NCBI GenBank assembly: GCA_000934665.2
Contig: KZ538606.1
Location: 1 to 59,351, forward strand
DNA: 59,351 nt
From: Catajapyx aquilonaris
Taxonomy: Eukaryota
Reading direction: 5' to 3'
Below, in pieces: positions 1 to 13,872 of this stretch; position 1 is the stretch's first letter; every line of letters begins with the position of its first letter. A program made the position numbers and the translations under genes. A model generated the notes under the pieces. That model worked only from the letters and a program-made list of their open reading frames with translations, was not told where the DNA came from and did not search any database.

Positions 1-20
1 GTTAGGTTAGGTTAGGTTAG
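1..20 (+). repeat. (TTAGG)n tract, arthropod telomere-type motif, truncated by the window start
   Basis: gttaggttaggttaggttag. Confidence 0.75.
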
Positions 21-68
21 TTTTAAATTTTTATTTTTGCCAGACCCTCACAAGGATAGCACTTTATA

Positions 69-71
<3 letters not shown>

Positions 72-105
<34 letters not shown>

Positions 106-156
106 GGGTTGCTTCAAGACCAGGATAAAGTGCCCGAAACTAATTGAGACCGATAG
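72..156. mobile_element. Right arm of palindromic MITE family A, with an expanded (TG)n
   Basis: (tg)n-gaagggttgcttcaagaccaggataaagtg..aaactaattgagaccgatag|ta matches the right arms of the copies at 4131 and 8883. Confidence 0.85.
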
Positions 157-1451
157 TACAACGGATCCATGACGCTTGACATGTAATAATGTTAATTTTA
201 CAGCGAGTCAGCGTTGTCCGTGCATGTCTGAGAACTACATGACTAAAATTACAATTTAAACTATACCTGTAATAATATTTTCCATAAAAATATATTACAA
301 ACTGAACCAATAAAGTGCTTCTTTCTTGTGGCAGCTTTAACTTCTGTGAATTCGTCAGTTTATTGATACACTAGACCTTGACCAAAAAAGTTTAGGAGAC
401 AGTTTATGAGATATCCGGAGATGTCCAAAAGCGGGAAATCAGCGTCCTGTCACCGCCGTAGGGTGAATAAACCTAATATGACCAAACCTAATATCTGCTG
501 CTTCAAACCAAGGAAAAGGTGCTTGGTTTTATCCCATGACAGCAAGTTGGAAATATAAATCCCGCAAAATAGCAAGATATCCCGTGGAACGCCCACTTAT
601 TACCGCACAAAAATAAACTGGGTGTCTCAAAAATCAAAGCAGATCCATATCAGTCAAATGCTATAGTGTCAGGTTGGCACCCGGATTATTTGGTTTGGTG
701 AACAGCCTGTATACCGGCACATACAATATGCAAGACGTTTTAAGTGTGAGTTATTCACAAGCGTAGAGTTTGTCTCAGATACTATGCGATATTACCACCT
801 ACACTGATTTGAGCTGACTTTTGTGAAAACCAATCAGTAGAGTGATACACTGTGAAGCGCCTGATTTCAGGCTACCCACAGTACTCTTTTGGATCAATCG
901 GTATATTCTGAATCGTTCCCTTGCAGAAATCTCAGTGAAATTAAAAATCATTAGTTACTAAACCAATTTCCAGTTCGGTACACAGTGCAGACAAAATAAT
1001 ACAAACTTAATGTGGTTGCTATTATTTAGTTTTTCATCACATGATATCTGAAAATATCATCTGTATTTCATAATGACAGATTGTGGTGAAAGATTCTAGT
1101 GACAAATGAATATGTCATAATATGAAAGTGTGGATGGATATTTGGGTCGTCAATATGGGTTGACAATAAGAAATACGAAGATAAAAAATATTCAGAACAT
1201 GAAAGGTGAAATTAATATTTTAATCGGAAATGACATGTGAGGGGAAATTGCTTCGTGAGTCATGCTCAATCTGACGGCTTACTGGAGAATATAAAGTGTC
1301 GTAGGCCACATCGTAAGAATAATTTAAAAAATATGTAGGTTCGGTATCGTCGGACTTTCACACTCGATATTTTAAAATTATTAGAATGTCACTTTGATTT
1401 TGTAGCGCAGTATTCAAATTTTTGTTAGAAAATCGTTTCCTTTTCAACAGC

Positions 1452-1598
1452 ATAGTGCGGAAAACCAAACGACGATCTGACGTCATCATTTTGTTCTCAG
1501 GCAACAATAGGAGTGAGCAATGTTCTTTTTGTTGACACTGTTTACTCATATTGTTGTGTGACGATGACGTCAGATCGTCGTTTAGTTTTCCGCACTAT
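1452..1598. mobile_element. Short MITE (family B) with ~36 bp inverted repeats containing TGACGTCA
   Basis: atagtgcggaaaaccaaacgacgatctgacgtcatc (1452-1487) pairs with gatgacgtcagatcgtcgtttagttttccgcactat (1563-1598). Confidence 0.75.
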
Positions 1599-1618
1599 AG
1601 ACACGAAAAAGAAATATA

Positions 1619-1833
1619 AGGTGAAGTGGGGTAAGTGCATACACGGGGTAAGTGCATACACGGGGCCGCCATATTGGAATGAAAATGGCTGACGACACCA
1701 AAACACGTCAGGCACTCTTTTGTGTAGCTGCACATCACATCCCCGTAAGAGGTGAGCATGTCAGCCATTTTCATTCCAATATGGTGGCCAGTTTATGCAC
1801 TTACCCCGTGTATGCACTTACCCCACTTCACCT
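1619..1833. mobile_element. MITE with ~75 bp TIRs, each holding a tandem GGGGTAAGTGCATA unit
   Basis: aggtgaagtggggtaagtgcatacacggggtaagtgcata...ccatattggaatgaaaatggctgac is mirrored by gtcagccattttcattccaatatgg...tatgcacttaccccgtgtatgcacttaccccacttcacct. Flanks are tata and ttaa. Confidence 0.85.
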
Positions 1834-4130
1834 TTAAATAAGTTTACATCATATGCAGTGCATTTGTATATTGTCGTACTGCTCCATTAGCCGAAATGAA
1901 TTTTGATGAGCATACCGCATCACATATACAAATCTGTTGTTACCATAACACTAAATACTAAAAATCAACCCTGTATACGATATTCCCTGCATCATCATCA
2001 CCAATACAACCATGTCTATCCAGCAACCACCTCACCAACAACCCCCTAATTTTTCAAATATTTCAACTCCGATTACCGCCACTGCCTAACAAAACAAGGT
2101 GATAAAACAGCCCGCCCGAGTTGTAATTCCTCCAAATTAGGCCAAAAAAAGTGAGTCGCAACTGCAGTTCCCTCGCACCAAATTTTTACCAAATGTAGCT
2201 TAGTAGGTTTCGCCCTCCCGCTTCTCAAATTGTCGGTCCTAATCGGCCCGCTGAACAGTTTGCGAATCGTCTAATTGCAAACACTTGGTGTGAGTTTGCG
2301 CCACTAGCATCAACATGGCCGCTGTATATAGTTAGTCTCTATAGGTCCCCTTTTCCCCCCCTCTCTAAGCCTATAGTAGAGACAGGGTTTGGGTGTGTGT
2401 GTGGGCCGTGGCCGGCTAGAGCACTGCAGAAGCCCCCGTTTACAGGCCGTAAATCTTGTCACTTGTCTCCCCTCGGCCGAATAAAGTGGAACTAATGAAG
2501 ACGTTTGTGCGAATTCGCCAGTAAGGACTGAGTGAATAAATCTCGCCCGTCGCTCGTTATCTGCCCGGCGGATTTCATTTGCGAACTGGAGCGCTGGCAA
2601 GGAAAACCCCAGGCAGCCATCTTTACGAGCTGCAGCCCCGGGTTAATCCGGTTAGCTGCACAGCCTATCGCGCTTTAAATAATGCCAAATTAACCCCTTA
2701 ACCACCATAAACACCCGAATTTCCTCCCAAAATGCGACAACATTCCTCGCATACTTCTGGAAAAGGGCCAATTTGTGGCTGCCACGTAATTACCTGTTAA
2801 ATTAAGAATTTCATTTCGTACGCGGATAAATCACCTCTTTCCTGCCGCCCGAATGGGATGGTTTGGTAGGGTGGAGGGGGGGAGATAGGGGATGTGGGGG
2901 GGGGGGNGGGGGGGTGAGAGAAGGGAATTTTGTTACAAGGCCTGCTTTGCCTCTATTATACTAGTGCGATGAGTGTGTTTAGCAAGCGACCAGGAGTGTT
3001 ACATCCACTAGCCCGTTTATTGTGTGCTCAAAATGAGCTGCACTTTATATCCATCTGGCTTCTCAAAATATTAGGTTGGAATTTTGATTGTATGCAGACG
3101 CGTGTATCCTAGGGTGTATACTATCCTTCATGCCAGGATGGGGTGGTATAAGATTGACTGATGAGAAAGACAGGTCTAAAGGGGGTGTCGTGCAGAGTTG
3201 AGTTCATAGAAAAGGGGTTCTGATGTCGGATTTTGGGTCTGAAAATGAGGATTCTGTGGGTGGGGGTAAGTGTTGTGAGAGGGGGGGGGGGAAGTTGAAG
3301 ACAGGGTTCCTGCTCAATGGCTTCCATTCAGTATTATTCAGCCCTCTCTTCTGGCTACACGTGGGCTAGGCCGCACTTTGTGGGGGCCAGACAAGGCCAC
3401 CTTGTCACTACACCTTTTCACGCCCAAGACGAGAAAAGACTAGGACACGATCAACTCAACGGGCCACTTGAGCCACAACGGTACACTAGGTCCCTTTTGT
3501 TCGGGCGCTATTCTGTACCACTCTGCCTACTTGCCCACAGTATAATTGTGCCTTTACATAGGATTCGCCTTTTACACTAAGTGGTTCATTATTTTTGCTT
3601 TAATTTATCAGGTTGTAATGTTGCATTAGCGTTGCTTAATCTCTCACCATATTACAATAAATTGTTGATGCGATGAGAGGAACTCCAGTTGCATCAAACA
3701 CAGATATTGTTCCAATATGAAAAGAAGAGTGCGTGTAACACCTGATTGCATTTTAAAGTAGGCTACGGTACTATTTTTAAGCACGATTAGTGAGTTACAT
3801 CAGTTACACGTGCCGGTACGTCGCGTCGTGGGCAAAATTAAGCCGTTAAAGGTCAAACGAAGAGGGAAGAAAAACTTATTACGCAACGCATGCAGAGGAG
3901 GATTGAAATGTCGGTTCGAATTAATTCTGAAAATAGGGTGAGTCTAAATCTAACGCAATCTACTTCGTACAGCTATAGCAACTCTTCCTATAATTTATTA
4001 ATGATGAGAAATCTACGCCTTCAGGACATCACTTGGCGTTATATATACAGGATGCCTAAGTTGCTCAATAACACATACACATTGGGATCTGCCAGTATAG
4101 GAGTAATAATTGCACCCTTCCGAACATGTA

Positions 4131-4272
4131 CTATGGGGCTCAAATTGTTTTGGCCACTTTATCCTGGTCTTGAAACAACCCTTCGCACAGGCCACACGTT
4201 GAGCAGGTGTGTGTGTGTGAAGGGTTGCTTCAAGACCAGGATAAAGTGGCCAAAATAATTTGAACCCCATAG
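4131..4272. mobile_element. MITE family A, full 142 bp copy, TA target duplication (Tc1/mariner-type)
   Basis: ta|ctatggggctcaaattgttttggccactttatcctggtcttgaa ... ttcaagaccaggataaagtggccaaaataatttgaaccccatag|ta; arms ~55 bp. Confidence 0.88.
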
Positions 4273-7200
4273 TACATCCTGCAGATGATCACACAAGCCA
4301 ACTACCCTTCAACTATTCATTTTTCCCCTTATGAAACATGAAGTATTATTAAGCATAGGCGCTAATAAGCAGGACGGAAGCAAGGTTAGTAGCGCGTGAC
4401 CTCGGATGCCAGGTTCGGTACATGTGAAAGATCTAACACAAAGAAGCCAGTTCCCGTAGAGTTGAATGGAGGCAACTTGACTGTGCGGTATAATTTCCCC
4501 CTCNCCCCCCCCCTAACCGCCCCCACCCTCCTTCACCGTGCATACAACGGTCCACAGCCTGCGGACGTATATGCACAAGGAAGGAATGGCGAGCTGGTTG
4601 AAATTACCCCTTAGTTAGGGCGCTGACAGGCGATTTTCGTACAGGTGTTGCCAGACGGAGCCTGACAGGATGACACTCGAATAAATTGGCCGAGAGCTGC
4701 TGCCCGCCCACTCCGCTGTACCTCGGCCACTTATATTCTTCTAGAGGGCTGATTGAAGGAAGTGCGTCCGACTACCTATCCGTTCTTTTATTCTGCTGCG
4801 TCATTCTGCACAACGTCCACCAGCGCACAAAGCGTTAGCGGGAGAAACGCGAATAGGACTCACTCGTGGGATTATTCGAGGCAATTGGTGCCGAAACACT
4901 GTTCCATGTCTGTATCGGCGCCATTTTATGGAAGTTGTATGAGGGTTCGGTGGTGGCAAATATTCAGTTGGGATTTATGCACTGTAAGAAAAGGTGGGTG
5001 GTGCCACTCCTTGGATAGTTTCCAAATAGGCCTACACTTTTACTTTCACACCGAGTATATAGGTTGCGACATAGGTGATGTGTAGGTTTCCGGGTACAAA
5101 AACCGCTGGTTAAACTTAACCGTTATACAGTATTAAATATTTCACTTCAAAGTACTGCCGTTATACTCAATACAACAAACAGACTTTAGCTAATGAAAGG
5201 TTTTTTCCCTTCCATAACGTTCACTGTGTTCCGAGTGCTGAAACAGGATTGCATTGGCCGATACTTCCTTAATGTGCCATATACTTAATATAACAAGTTG
5301 GAAGCTTTTTTCATGCAATCTGAATAAGATTCTCTTGATAATCGTTTCGAGGTTAGGTTTCTCCAAGGGGTCGAGCTTCCCTTCGCCTTAAAAGTGTGGT
5401 GCTGTGGTCAACAAATACATATGTGACATCAGGCTTAGAGTAATATAATCTAAGTATTACAACAGCTGCAGCTGCAGGTCCTAGCATGGATATACACAGT
5501 GCTTTTCAATACATTTTTCAAGCTAGCTGACTCTGACATTTTCATGCGCTTTCCCCCAACTCCGAAGAATTCTTGGTGTGTTTATTGAAATGTAATTCAG
5601 TGTTGTACGTCGGAAATATTGATGCACATCTATATAGTTGCTATGTAAAAGCCACAAAACTCATTATAACGACTAAATGGTCACACTGTTGGACTACACA
5701 TTGTAGGCTACACGTTGTAGGCCTATATACGGTACACGTACAGTTGTTATACGTTACACTGAAATGGTCCCTGAGGTGTAACATGTTAGAGAGATGTTAT
5801 TCTGACTTTTTAGATGTAACACTATTTTTAAGAGTTATATCTCAGTGACTATTTCAGCTTTACTAACAAGATCACATTCTTGCATAATCTTACGTGGGCA
5901 TTGACGTCATAGAAGAGCTGAATCTATGTCGAAATAGTCAGTAATGGAGAACTTCTTCAAAATTAGAGAACAATTGAAGCAAGCAGCAGTAACCCATTTG
6001 GTCATCGTCAATATGACCCTCAAAATGTAGTCTATTTTGGATCCGATACACCGCTTGGCTTTTCCGTCCTTTTGCAGCATCAGTATATCCGCATGTACTG
6101 TATACACTTACTGGAAGAGTGTTCCTTTAAGCCACACTGAAGTGTTTTAGTAGACGTAACATGTTTGGAAAATATGTTACGTGACGAGTCTAAGATAGTG
6201 TATAGTTTCTAGTATGCAGATTGTGCGTGCATGTTACTGTTATTGTGCCGCAGATCCATTTGGAATTTTGTATTGCACATAATACTAAAATATGAGCATG
6301 CATCGTCCTTCTTCCACTTATATATGGTAGACCTACTTTCATTCTGCACAATTTGGTCAAACTAAAGGCCTAACGCACAAAATGCACAGAATCTTCCAGC
6401 ACGATAACAACTCTGGTGCAAAATATGTTGTTGTGGTCTTCGTAAGCACAATCAGGTGCATGAGAAATATGTAGCTACTACAAAAGAAGCACTACCATAC
6501 TATGGTTTATTTCTTTAACTTTTCAATTTGATCTTGAATCATAAGGATTAATAACTAATTACATATTTGTTATCGGCCTATGGGATGGTGTTGCCACTTA
6601 CGTTACTAGTTTAAAACTTCTGCTTTTGACGTGCATTGGGGGTCTCCGGGAAGTAAATTTTATTTTCAAACACAACCGACTTGTAACATGTTAGCTGCGA
6701 CTAAGAACCGCCTCTTTTAAATCAAAGGCTACAAAATTATAATATTACTGGTTTTTCTATACCGGGCCATACTGAGAAGGCCTACACTGATATTCATTTT
6801 CATGCGTTCATCCAGTGAGTTTAATATTCTGTTCCGTTACTGCTGATAGACCAACGCATGTTATGCACAAATATTATAAAGCTTTTGGAATTTAATAGTA
6901 ATTGTCCCACTAATATGCTAACACTGTTACGAACAATCCAGATGCATACGGGTGATCATACGACATCTTAATTAATTAAAACATTATGTTTGAAAGGCTC
7001 AGTCACCCGATTGCACCCTATATAGTTGGTATACACTGTACATCTTAGCCGTCAGTATATCTGGTGGCAAGTCATGCAAAAGTGCATGCAAGAGACATTC
7101 TGGTGGAGTTTGCGAAAGTACAAGGAGAGTTACGAGTCCCCGTTGGTTCGTCTAACTCAGTCGGGCGATAATAGGCTTAAGTGCTAAGGCCGAGACCACG

Positions 7201-8882
7201 ATGAAAGGAAAGCAGCAGACTTCTTTCCTCGCTGGCAAGAAGAAATTAGTTATCAATATCCCGGCGGAGCTATTACTCGGGCGGAACATGGGGATGAAAT
7301 GGCGCCGGTTCCGGAAGCCACTTTGCAGCACACGCGGCTTATACTGAGTCCCTTAGCACCACAGCAATAAGCCTGAAACTCCACTCCGTATCTACGCCTA
7401 TAATCTGCATGTGCCTACAATACATATTTTCAGGCCCTCTTTGGCTACCCTTTTCTCTTCCAGACTCGATGTGCTATTGGTCACACCATCCAAATAAAAA
7501 CGGTTGATCCCATTGGACCTGACTGCCCCAATGTGTTTGTGTGGGCTAATCAAGTCGATGATTGTGAGGCGGCACAATACAAATAGACTGATTAAAAATG
7601 ATACATTACCGTCCGCGTTTGTATTTTGTGCGCCGAACAGTGGTCCCCTGCAAAAAGCCCGAGTTCCGTGCAGCATCCCAACACAATTTGCGCCAAACAA
7701 GCACGCAAATCACATACTATTATCGCCGTGCAGTAATTGTAATCCGCTGAATTCGTAATGGCCTATATACGCCCCACTATCCGGCGGGGCAGGGAAGCCA
7801 TTTTGCATTCTTGGCCAAATATGCAAACGGCCCCGTACCAGCCAGCACAGTTATTGTCTCTCTTGTATACCGCCCTGCCAGTTTATTCCACTACCTCTCG
7901 TTCGCATTCATTTCCTGGCTCACAAAATGCTGTGGCTGGGGGGTAGGGTGCTCCTATGCGATTGCCATTTAGCAGCCAGTTGTTGCGTTCCGGGACACAC
8001 TTTTTGCCCAAAATTTCGACTGTTTTGCGCTGCGACCTGCCACTGTGGTAGCGTGTTTTGTCCGCATGAATCCAGCCAGAACGGCTCCATTACGCGGCCT
8101 GTCCTGGGATTAACTCAAAAATATATGAGTTTTAATTGGATGTGAGGCGGGTCGACTATTCAATACTGGTTTAAGGACATGTGGATCAGCACCTGTGTTG
8201 CTGAGTCGGGTATTCTGGTCATCTTGTAATGCGGGGGTTTTCTCACTTGAGGTCTCTGTTGGATGTTCCAAAGGTTGCTATTGAGAATTTAGGGTTGTCA
8301 TCAAACATTTTAGTCTTGGTGTATACTCCAGGGATACTGAAATCGCTACATCAAAGGTTGCTTCGTGCATCAGTGTAATCAGATAAATCACTTCAACCAG
8401 TTACTAATTCTTAAATAACTTATTTAACCTCTATTACAATGGATGTAAAATTGCTCATATACACAAGCAGTACGGTATGCATATCACATATGGATAATGA
8501 TATAAGTTGTGAGGCACGGAGTGGTCAATAACACACAGGTTGCCAACTACCTATTTATTATAATCAGCCTCTACCGAGGATGCTTCACGACTAATTCACA
8601 ATGCATGAATCCTCCCTCCAGGTCCACCCCCGACACCCTCTCGCATCCCGCCATCTCTTGGCAAAATCACCATGCGCACCATCTCACATAACCAACTCCA
8701 TCTATACTGAATACTGGGGAATATTACTGCAGTAGTTTTATGACCTTTCTCACTCTGAAACTCAAAGTATTCTACACAAATATTATTACATTTCTGAATG
8801 TCAAAGGGCCACCGAATAAGAATATAACTTTAAAAATGTTTAGAAATAATACAACCCATGAATTTGTCATAAGTATTATGTA

Positions 8883-9024
8883 CTATCGGTCTCAATTAGT
8901 TTAGGCCACTTTATCCTGGTCTTGAAGCTACCCTTCGCACAGGCCCCACGGTGAAGAGGTATGTGTGTGTGTGAAGGGTTGGGTCAAGTCCAGGATAGTG
9001 GCCGAAACTAATTGAGACCGATAG
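8883..9024. mobile_element. MITE family A, second full 142 bp copy
   Basis: ta|ctatcggtctcaattagtt..ggccactttatcctggtcttga ... ccaggatagtggccgaaactaattgagaccgatag|ca; the spacer resembles that of the 4131 copy. Confidence 0.86.
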
Positions 9025-11444
9025 CACCATATATTTTTTCAAATCATTCCTTCCTCCCTCTCCTTTTAATAAAATAGATCATATAACTCCAACCCCCTGC
9101 CCCCCATACTGAAGAGCACCTATAACATGGTGTCATATCAACCGAACTCAAACCTCACAACAGCTAAATGAAACAGTGCTTCCCCAATCTATTATCCCTT
9201 GTTCTCCTCATTAGTCGAATTAAGAACTGCAGGTCGCTGAATTGGCCATGCCATCAAACATTTTTTTCCCCCCTTCTCCCTTGTGGTAACAATGTGTCAC
9301 TAAAAGGCTTTCTTATACTGTCGGTATAGATGTAACAGTGGCGAGATTGATTCGAGTTTCAGGGCACATATAGGCGAGAGAAAAATGGCCCAATGCGTCA
9401 CGCATGGAACGAGCCAAATGTATTATTTAGTAAAGTGTCGGAGTGTGACAATGGAACTTGAATGGTGTTTCCTGGCGACGAAAACCCCCATGAAGGGCTG
9501 TCCTATAAATCACGTGACGGGGGGGTAGAGGCCACCAAGACGTAGATTACAATCAGGTTATAGAGGGGGAAGGGGGTACGATTGGATGACAATATTCCGG
9601 CAAATTAGGTTCTGCTGCAGAGCCGATTGGAGCTGGCGACGTTGACGAATGGTCCAGTAACGACCGTGGCGAGCGACCTCTACAACTACACCTAATTTAC
9701 ACCCTCTCTCTCTCACCCGAAAACCCTTTCCACCAAAAAACCTTTCTCTCTCTCACGCCACCTCGCTTTGCTTCCTTTTCAAGTGCACAAAATTACCTTC
9801 CACATGCGGAAGTTTAATCACTAACCTTTGAAGCTCGATGTATTACTTGACTCCAACTGTGATGAGGTCAACTCGGACACATAGAGAATAGGTATTTGTC
9901 CAGGAGGATCTAATGGTTACATATCAATTTTTTGGCAGTTTATATGCATATGTATTGTATACAACGGAAGCTGACTGTATTTAAAGTAAGGTATCCCACC
10001 TTACAACTTGTCTATATATGTTTATAATTAATCAAACCTTTAATCATTGTTAATATCATATAAGTCTGGAAGTGTTGAGTAGGTTGCGTAAAGTTTGTAA
10101 AATGGCGTCAGTGCTAAAAATTGCAAACCTCATCCGGTCTAATCACATTAGAAAACCCTTCATCGCCCCATTTAGTACTTGTCCAAGCGTTGTAACAACC
10201 AACTGTCGCATTTCACATTCATTTGCATGTAGTGACATCCCAAAATATACCCTCTAAAACAACATGATTTCTATACAGATTGCAGAAAGCAAGAATTCCA
10301 AACTTGGTCATCGTTTCCAAGCCTCGGCATAGTAGGTAATGTATAATTAAGTACTCGGATCCTGTTCACCCGACTCACCTTTCCAACCTCGAATGTATAA
10401 TGTGTCTTGTGCAGACGATTCATTAGCCGCCATGAAGGATCCGAAAACTACTAACAAGCAATATCAGTTTCCCAGATTCAAGCAGATTGAATTGCCAGTC
10501 GTGTATTTATTTAGAAGCCCTGTAGCAAATATTCTCAGACATTTTCCCCTCCGTGGCAACATGTAATAGGCACAGCGAATAATTTTCAAAGGCACAAAAT
10601 GAAACCTGATTTTGAAAACAATCTGAACAGTGCGGGCTAGATCTATACATATACCTGTGCATGCAGAGTTAATCAGGGACGCCTTCTGAGGAAAGAAAAT
10701 CTCCGTTTTCTTTTGTGTTTCGCCTATTAGCAGTTCTTTGCCCAATCATTGAGGTGCAGATTGCCGGGCATCTGAGACTAGGGGGTGGGGAGGGATGGAG
10801 GATAGGAAAAAAAAAATCCCAGTAGCCTGGAGAACATTACCGGTAGTTCATCCGGAAAAGCCCCAAGAAATAGGAGAAATTTAGTCTGCAGACGTCCCGG
10901 AAGAATACGCCGAGTTTGCCCTTCGCTTCCCTCAATGATTAGAAATTGCTTGTTTGGGAAAATTGCCCTTGAGCCGTGAAAGGCACGAAGCCTAGGGAAA
11001 GAGGGAAAGCAAGTTAAAAAGAGAGGGGGAGGGGAGGGGGGGGAGCATCTTTAAATCCTTATCACTTTTTTTTCCCTTCCTTTCGTCAAACTTCCCATAG
11101 GCGCCTATGCTCTTTCCAAATCCATTACAGAATCCTTTCTACGCTTCGATTAAATTAACGACGGTTGAAAGACTTGTGTGCTAGCAATCAATCGTCTACT
11201 CCTGGTTCAGATTCTCTCAGGTCTTTTTTTTTTTGTATTTTTCCGTACTTTGCACCACAAGTAGGATTTGCAAGTCGTGGAATTATGGGTCAAACCTATA
11301 ATTATTAGGTTACAATAACAGTGTCAGATGGAGAAAGAACAATTTCTGTAGCCATATTGCAACGAGTGCCAAAGATTTAATGTTATGGATAGGTCATTAT
11401 CAAAACCAGGCTATATCTTCTTCCGGTCGAATATCGGTCGAATA

Positions 11445-11656
11445 CCGGGGTGGTGTAGTCATTAACGCCGCAGCCTTCCACCTCTAAGGCCCAGAGTTCG
11501 ATCCCCGGGTCGGGTGGAGGACATATGTGGAAAAAGTTTCGATGGGTTCTCGCCGTGTTTGTGTGGCGTTTCTCAGGGTTCTCCCGTTTCCTCCCATTAC
11601 CAAAAACCCACTATACGATTGCCAGATAGCCTTAGTTGCTTTGGCACAACAAACAA
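11445..11656 (+). mobile_element. tRNA-derived SINE with V-domain-like core and 13 bp target-site duplication
   Basis: A-box-like tggtgtagtcatt and B box gagttcgatcccc. The core gttctcgccgtgtttgtgtggcgtttctcagggttctcccgtttcctccca resembles the V-SINE domain as I recall it. Short caa-rich tail; tcttccggtcgaa occurs at 11419-11431 and 11657-11669. Confidence 0.8.
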
Positions 11657-13872
11657 TCTTCCGGTCGAACACTTCAAAAAACAGTAATTTCAGATTTAGT
11701 GGGTCTCTTCACTGCTCAGATGACCTTGCTCAATGGGAGTTGGACCCGAGGTGAAAACGTTCCATATATTGGAAATACGAATTTAACATTGAGTTGATGC
11801 CTGTAACCATACATTAAGACATTTTTGACAAAGTAAGGTAGCCTGGTTTTGATTTTTCCGCAATGAATAGCCCCAATGAATTAAATATTTCCAGGATCAA
11901 TCCGATATGATTATTGAAAAAGTATGACCTGACAAGTTACTTTAAAATAGGCTACACTAACACCCCTAATATTTTCCTCAAATAAAATGAACCCTGCACT
12001 TCACTTCTTTTGAGTTCCCCACCCTCTGCAACCTAAATAATAATCCAAATCGCTACTTTGGCAATCTCCTGATTGAGATTCGATCATAAAACTTTTCCCC
12101 CAACTCACACGACATCCCCCCCTGCGAGTACCACCTGAGTCTCCAAACAACCCCTCTGAACTATAGGTTCCCCAAGTCTAATTTGAGTGACGATTGTGAA
12201 ATAGAGCAACATGGATGGATGGATGGAAGGGGGGGTCCTACAAACCATATATGACGGGGAATCAGGGAGGAGAGTATTGGCATGGTGCCGAGCCCACACA
12301 TCGTTAAATCACACGTTTCCCAACACAGGCCCCGCCCATGTTTACAAATAAAGGGTCTGGGGACAAGCCATCTGGGAGTTTTTGGGCGCTGCCAGTTGAG
12401 CCTCCTCTTCTCAACACTGATTGACAGCCTCCGGGGCCTGAAAAATAGGGAAGGACGGACTTTGCATGTGGATTTTTTTTTGCTTTTCTGACTCACCGGG
12501 AGTCTACTCTTTATAAGGTAGGGGTATAATAAGAAGGGGGGGGGGGATTTCTCTCTTCGGATTGGTCCCGCTTCATTGGGAGCTCCAACCCTCCTTCCAT
12601 CTGCAAATAAATGCAGGCTTCGCTCTGCTTGCAGCTAATCGGGAAAGCAAGCTACCATTGAAATTACCCCCTCAATAGCTCCATTTCCAAATTAGTTGGG
12701 CTGCCAGGGCTGCCTTGGTCCACTCCCCTTTTTCTTCTCTTTTTACCCTTCCCAATCTTTTCTTCCTTCTTTCCTCTTTATTCCTACGTTTCTATCACGA
12801 TCTGCAAAGGCTTCACTATTCCTCTGCTGCCAGCATGCGACGTATGAAGTTCAGGCAATCTTTTACCTATTCTCACTACTACTCTCATTACGTACTTTTG
12901 TAGTGTTTATGCCCCCTTCCCTGCTAATATGTGCATAAAATGGTCAAGGGGAATAGGGCTCAGGTGCAAAAAAAATAATCAATATTAGTTATTAGCTTTA
13001 GAATTATATTCGACAGAACACACTGTATTACTTACTCTCACTATATAAATAAGAGTTGACTTTCATTAGTTCAGACGAGGGAGGGCTATAGCTGTGTTAC
13101 CTGCAGATTATTGAAAATAATGTGATATTTTATCATTTGTACTGTTGCTACAACTTTTTCCTTGGATAAAGAAGAAATTTTTGTGCAGATAGGTTCGCGT
13201 ATCAGAAAAATTGGCATTTAGTTAGTGAAGTGCAACATTTTGAGTATTCGTGCACTTTCATGCAAAGCATTTACAGGACATTTTCGGAGGTGTGGGAACT
13301 CATCAACCTTATACGCATGCGATGTAATCGTACACCATATTGTACAGTATTTTGTGTCAACATACCGGCATGCATTGAGAGAACAGTCTGACACCATTTC
13401 CAGTAACTGGCATGCAATTTGTATATGGATAACATTATTCTTCACTTTTTATTACATGGTTTAATAAGCAAGCAGAGTACTTGTACATGCTACATTATAA
13501 TTTGAACAATACAGGACTATTAATCAGTTGGTCGAACTTGAGTTAGGAATATATTGTGTAATATACTGTAGTTTATATGACACTTACTTTCTGATGGTCG
13601 TCATTACAGTCCCGTATACAGAAATGTCCGAAAAGAAATTATCCCATAAAATGCAATCTCTAAACTTCAAACACTCATACTGCATCGAAAAAAATAAATC
13701 CATATAGTGACTCTGATCCTTCTGCATTTCCGGTCTTCATTTAGGAACCCCCTGGAATTCCACCATAATGTTTGTCCCCTCCGATCTCTCCGAAATTCAA
13801 TTAGCAAAAGTTAGTGCTCAAGTGCCAATATATTTATTTAATTATGTCCCCCACGAGCACTCAAGACCCGAA

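Noticed and set aside
1..20. True chromosome end
   Set aside because: A left telomere would read (CCTAA)n on this strand, and similar short TTAGG tracts occur internally.
1619..1833. CRISPR-like or iteron-like direct repeats
   Set aside because: Only two tandem units per arm within inverted repeats; no spacers, no cas genes, eukaryotic context.
11447..11520. Possible tRNA gene
   Set aside because: It has A/B boxes but continues into a SINE core with a tail and TSD; no convincing full cloverleaf.
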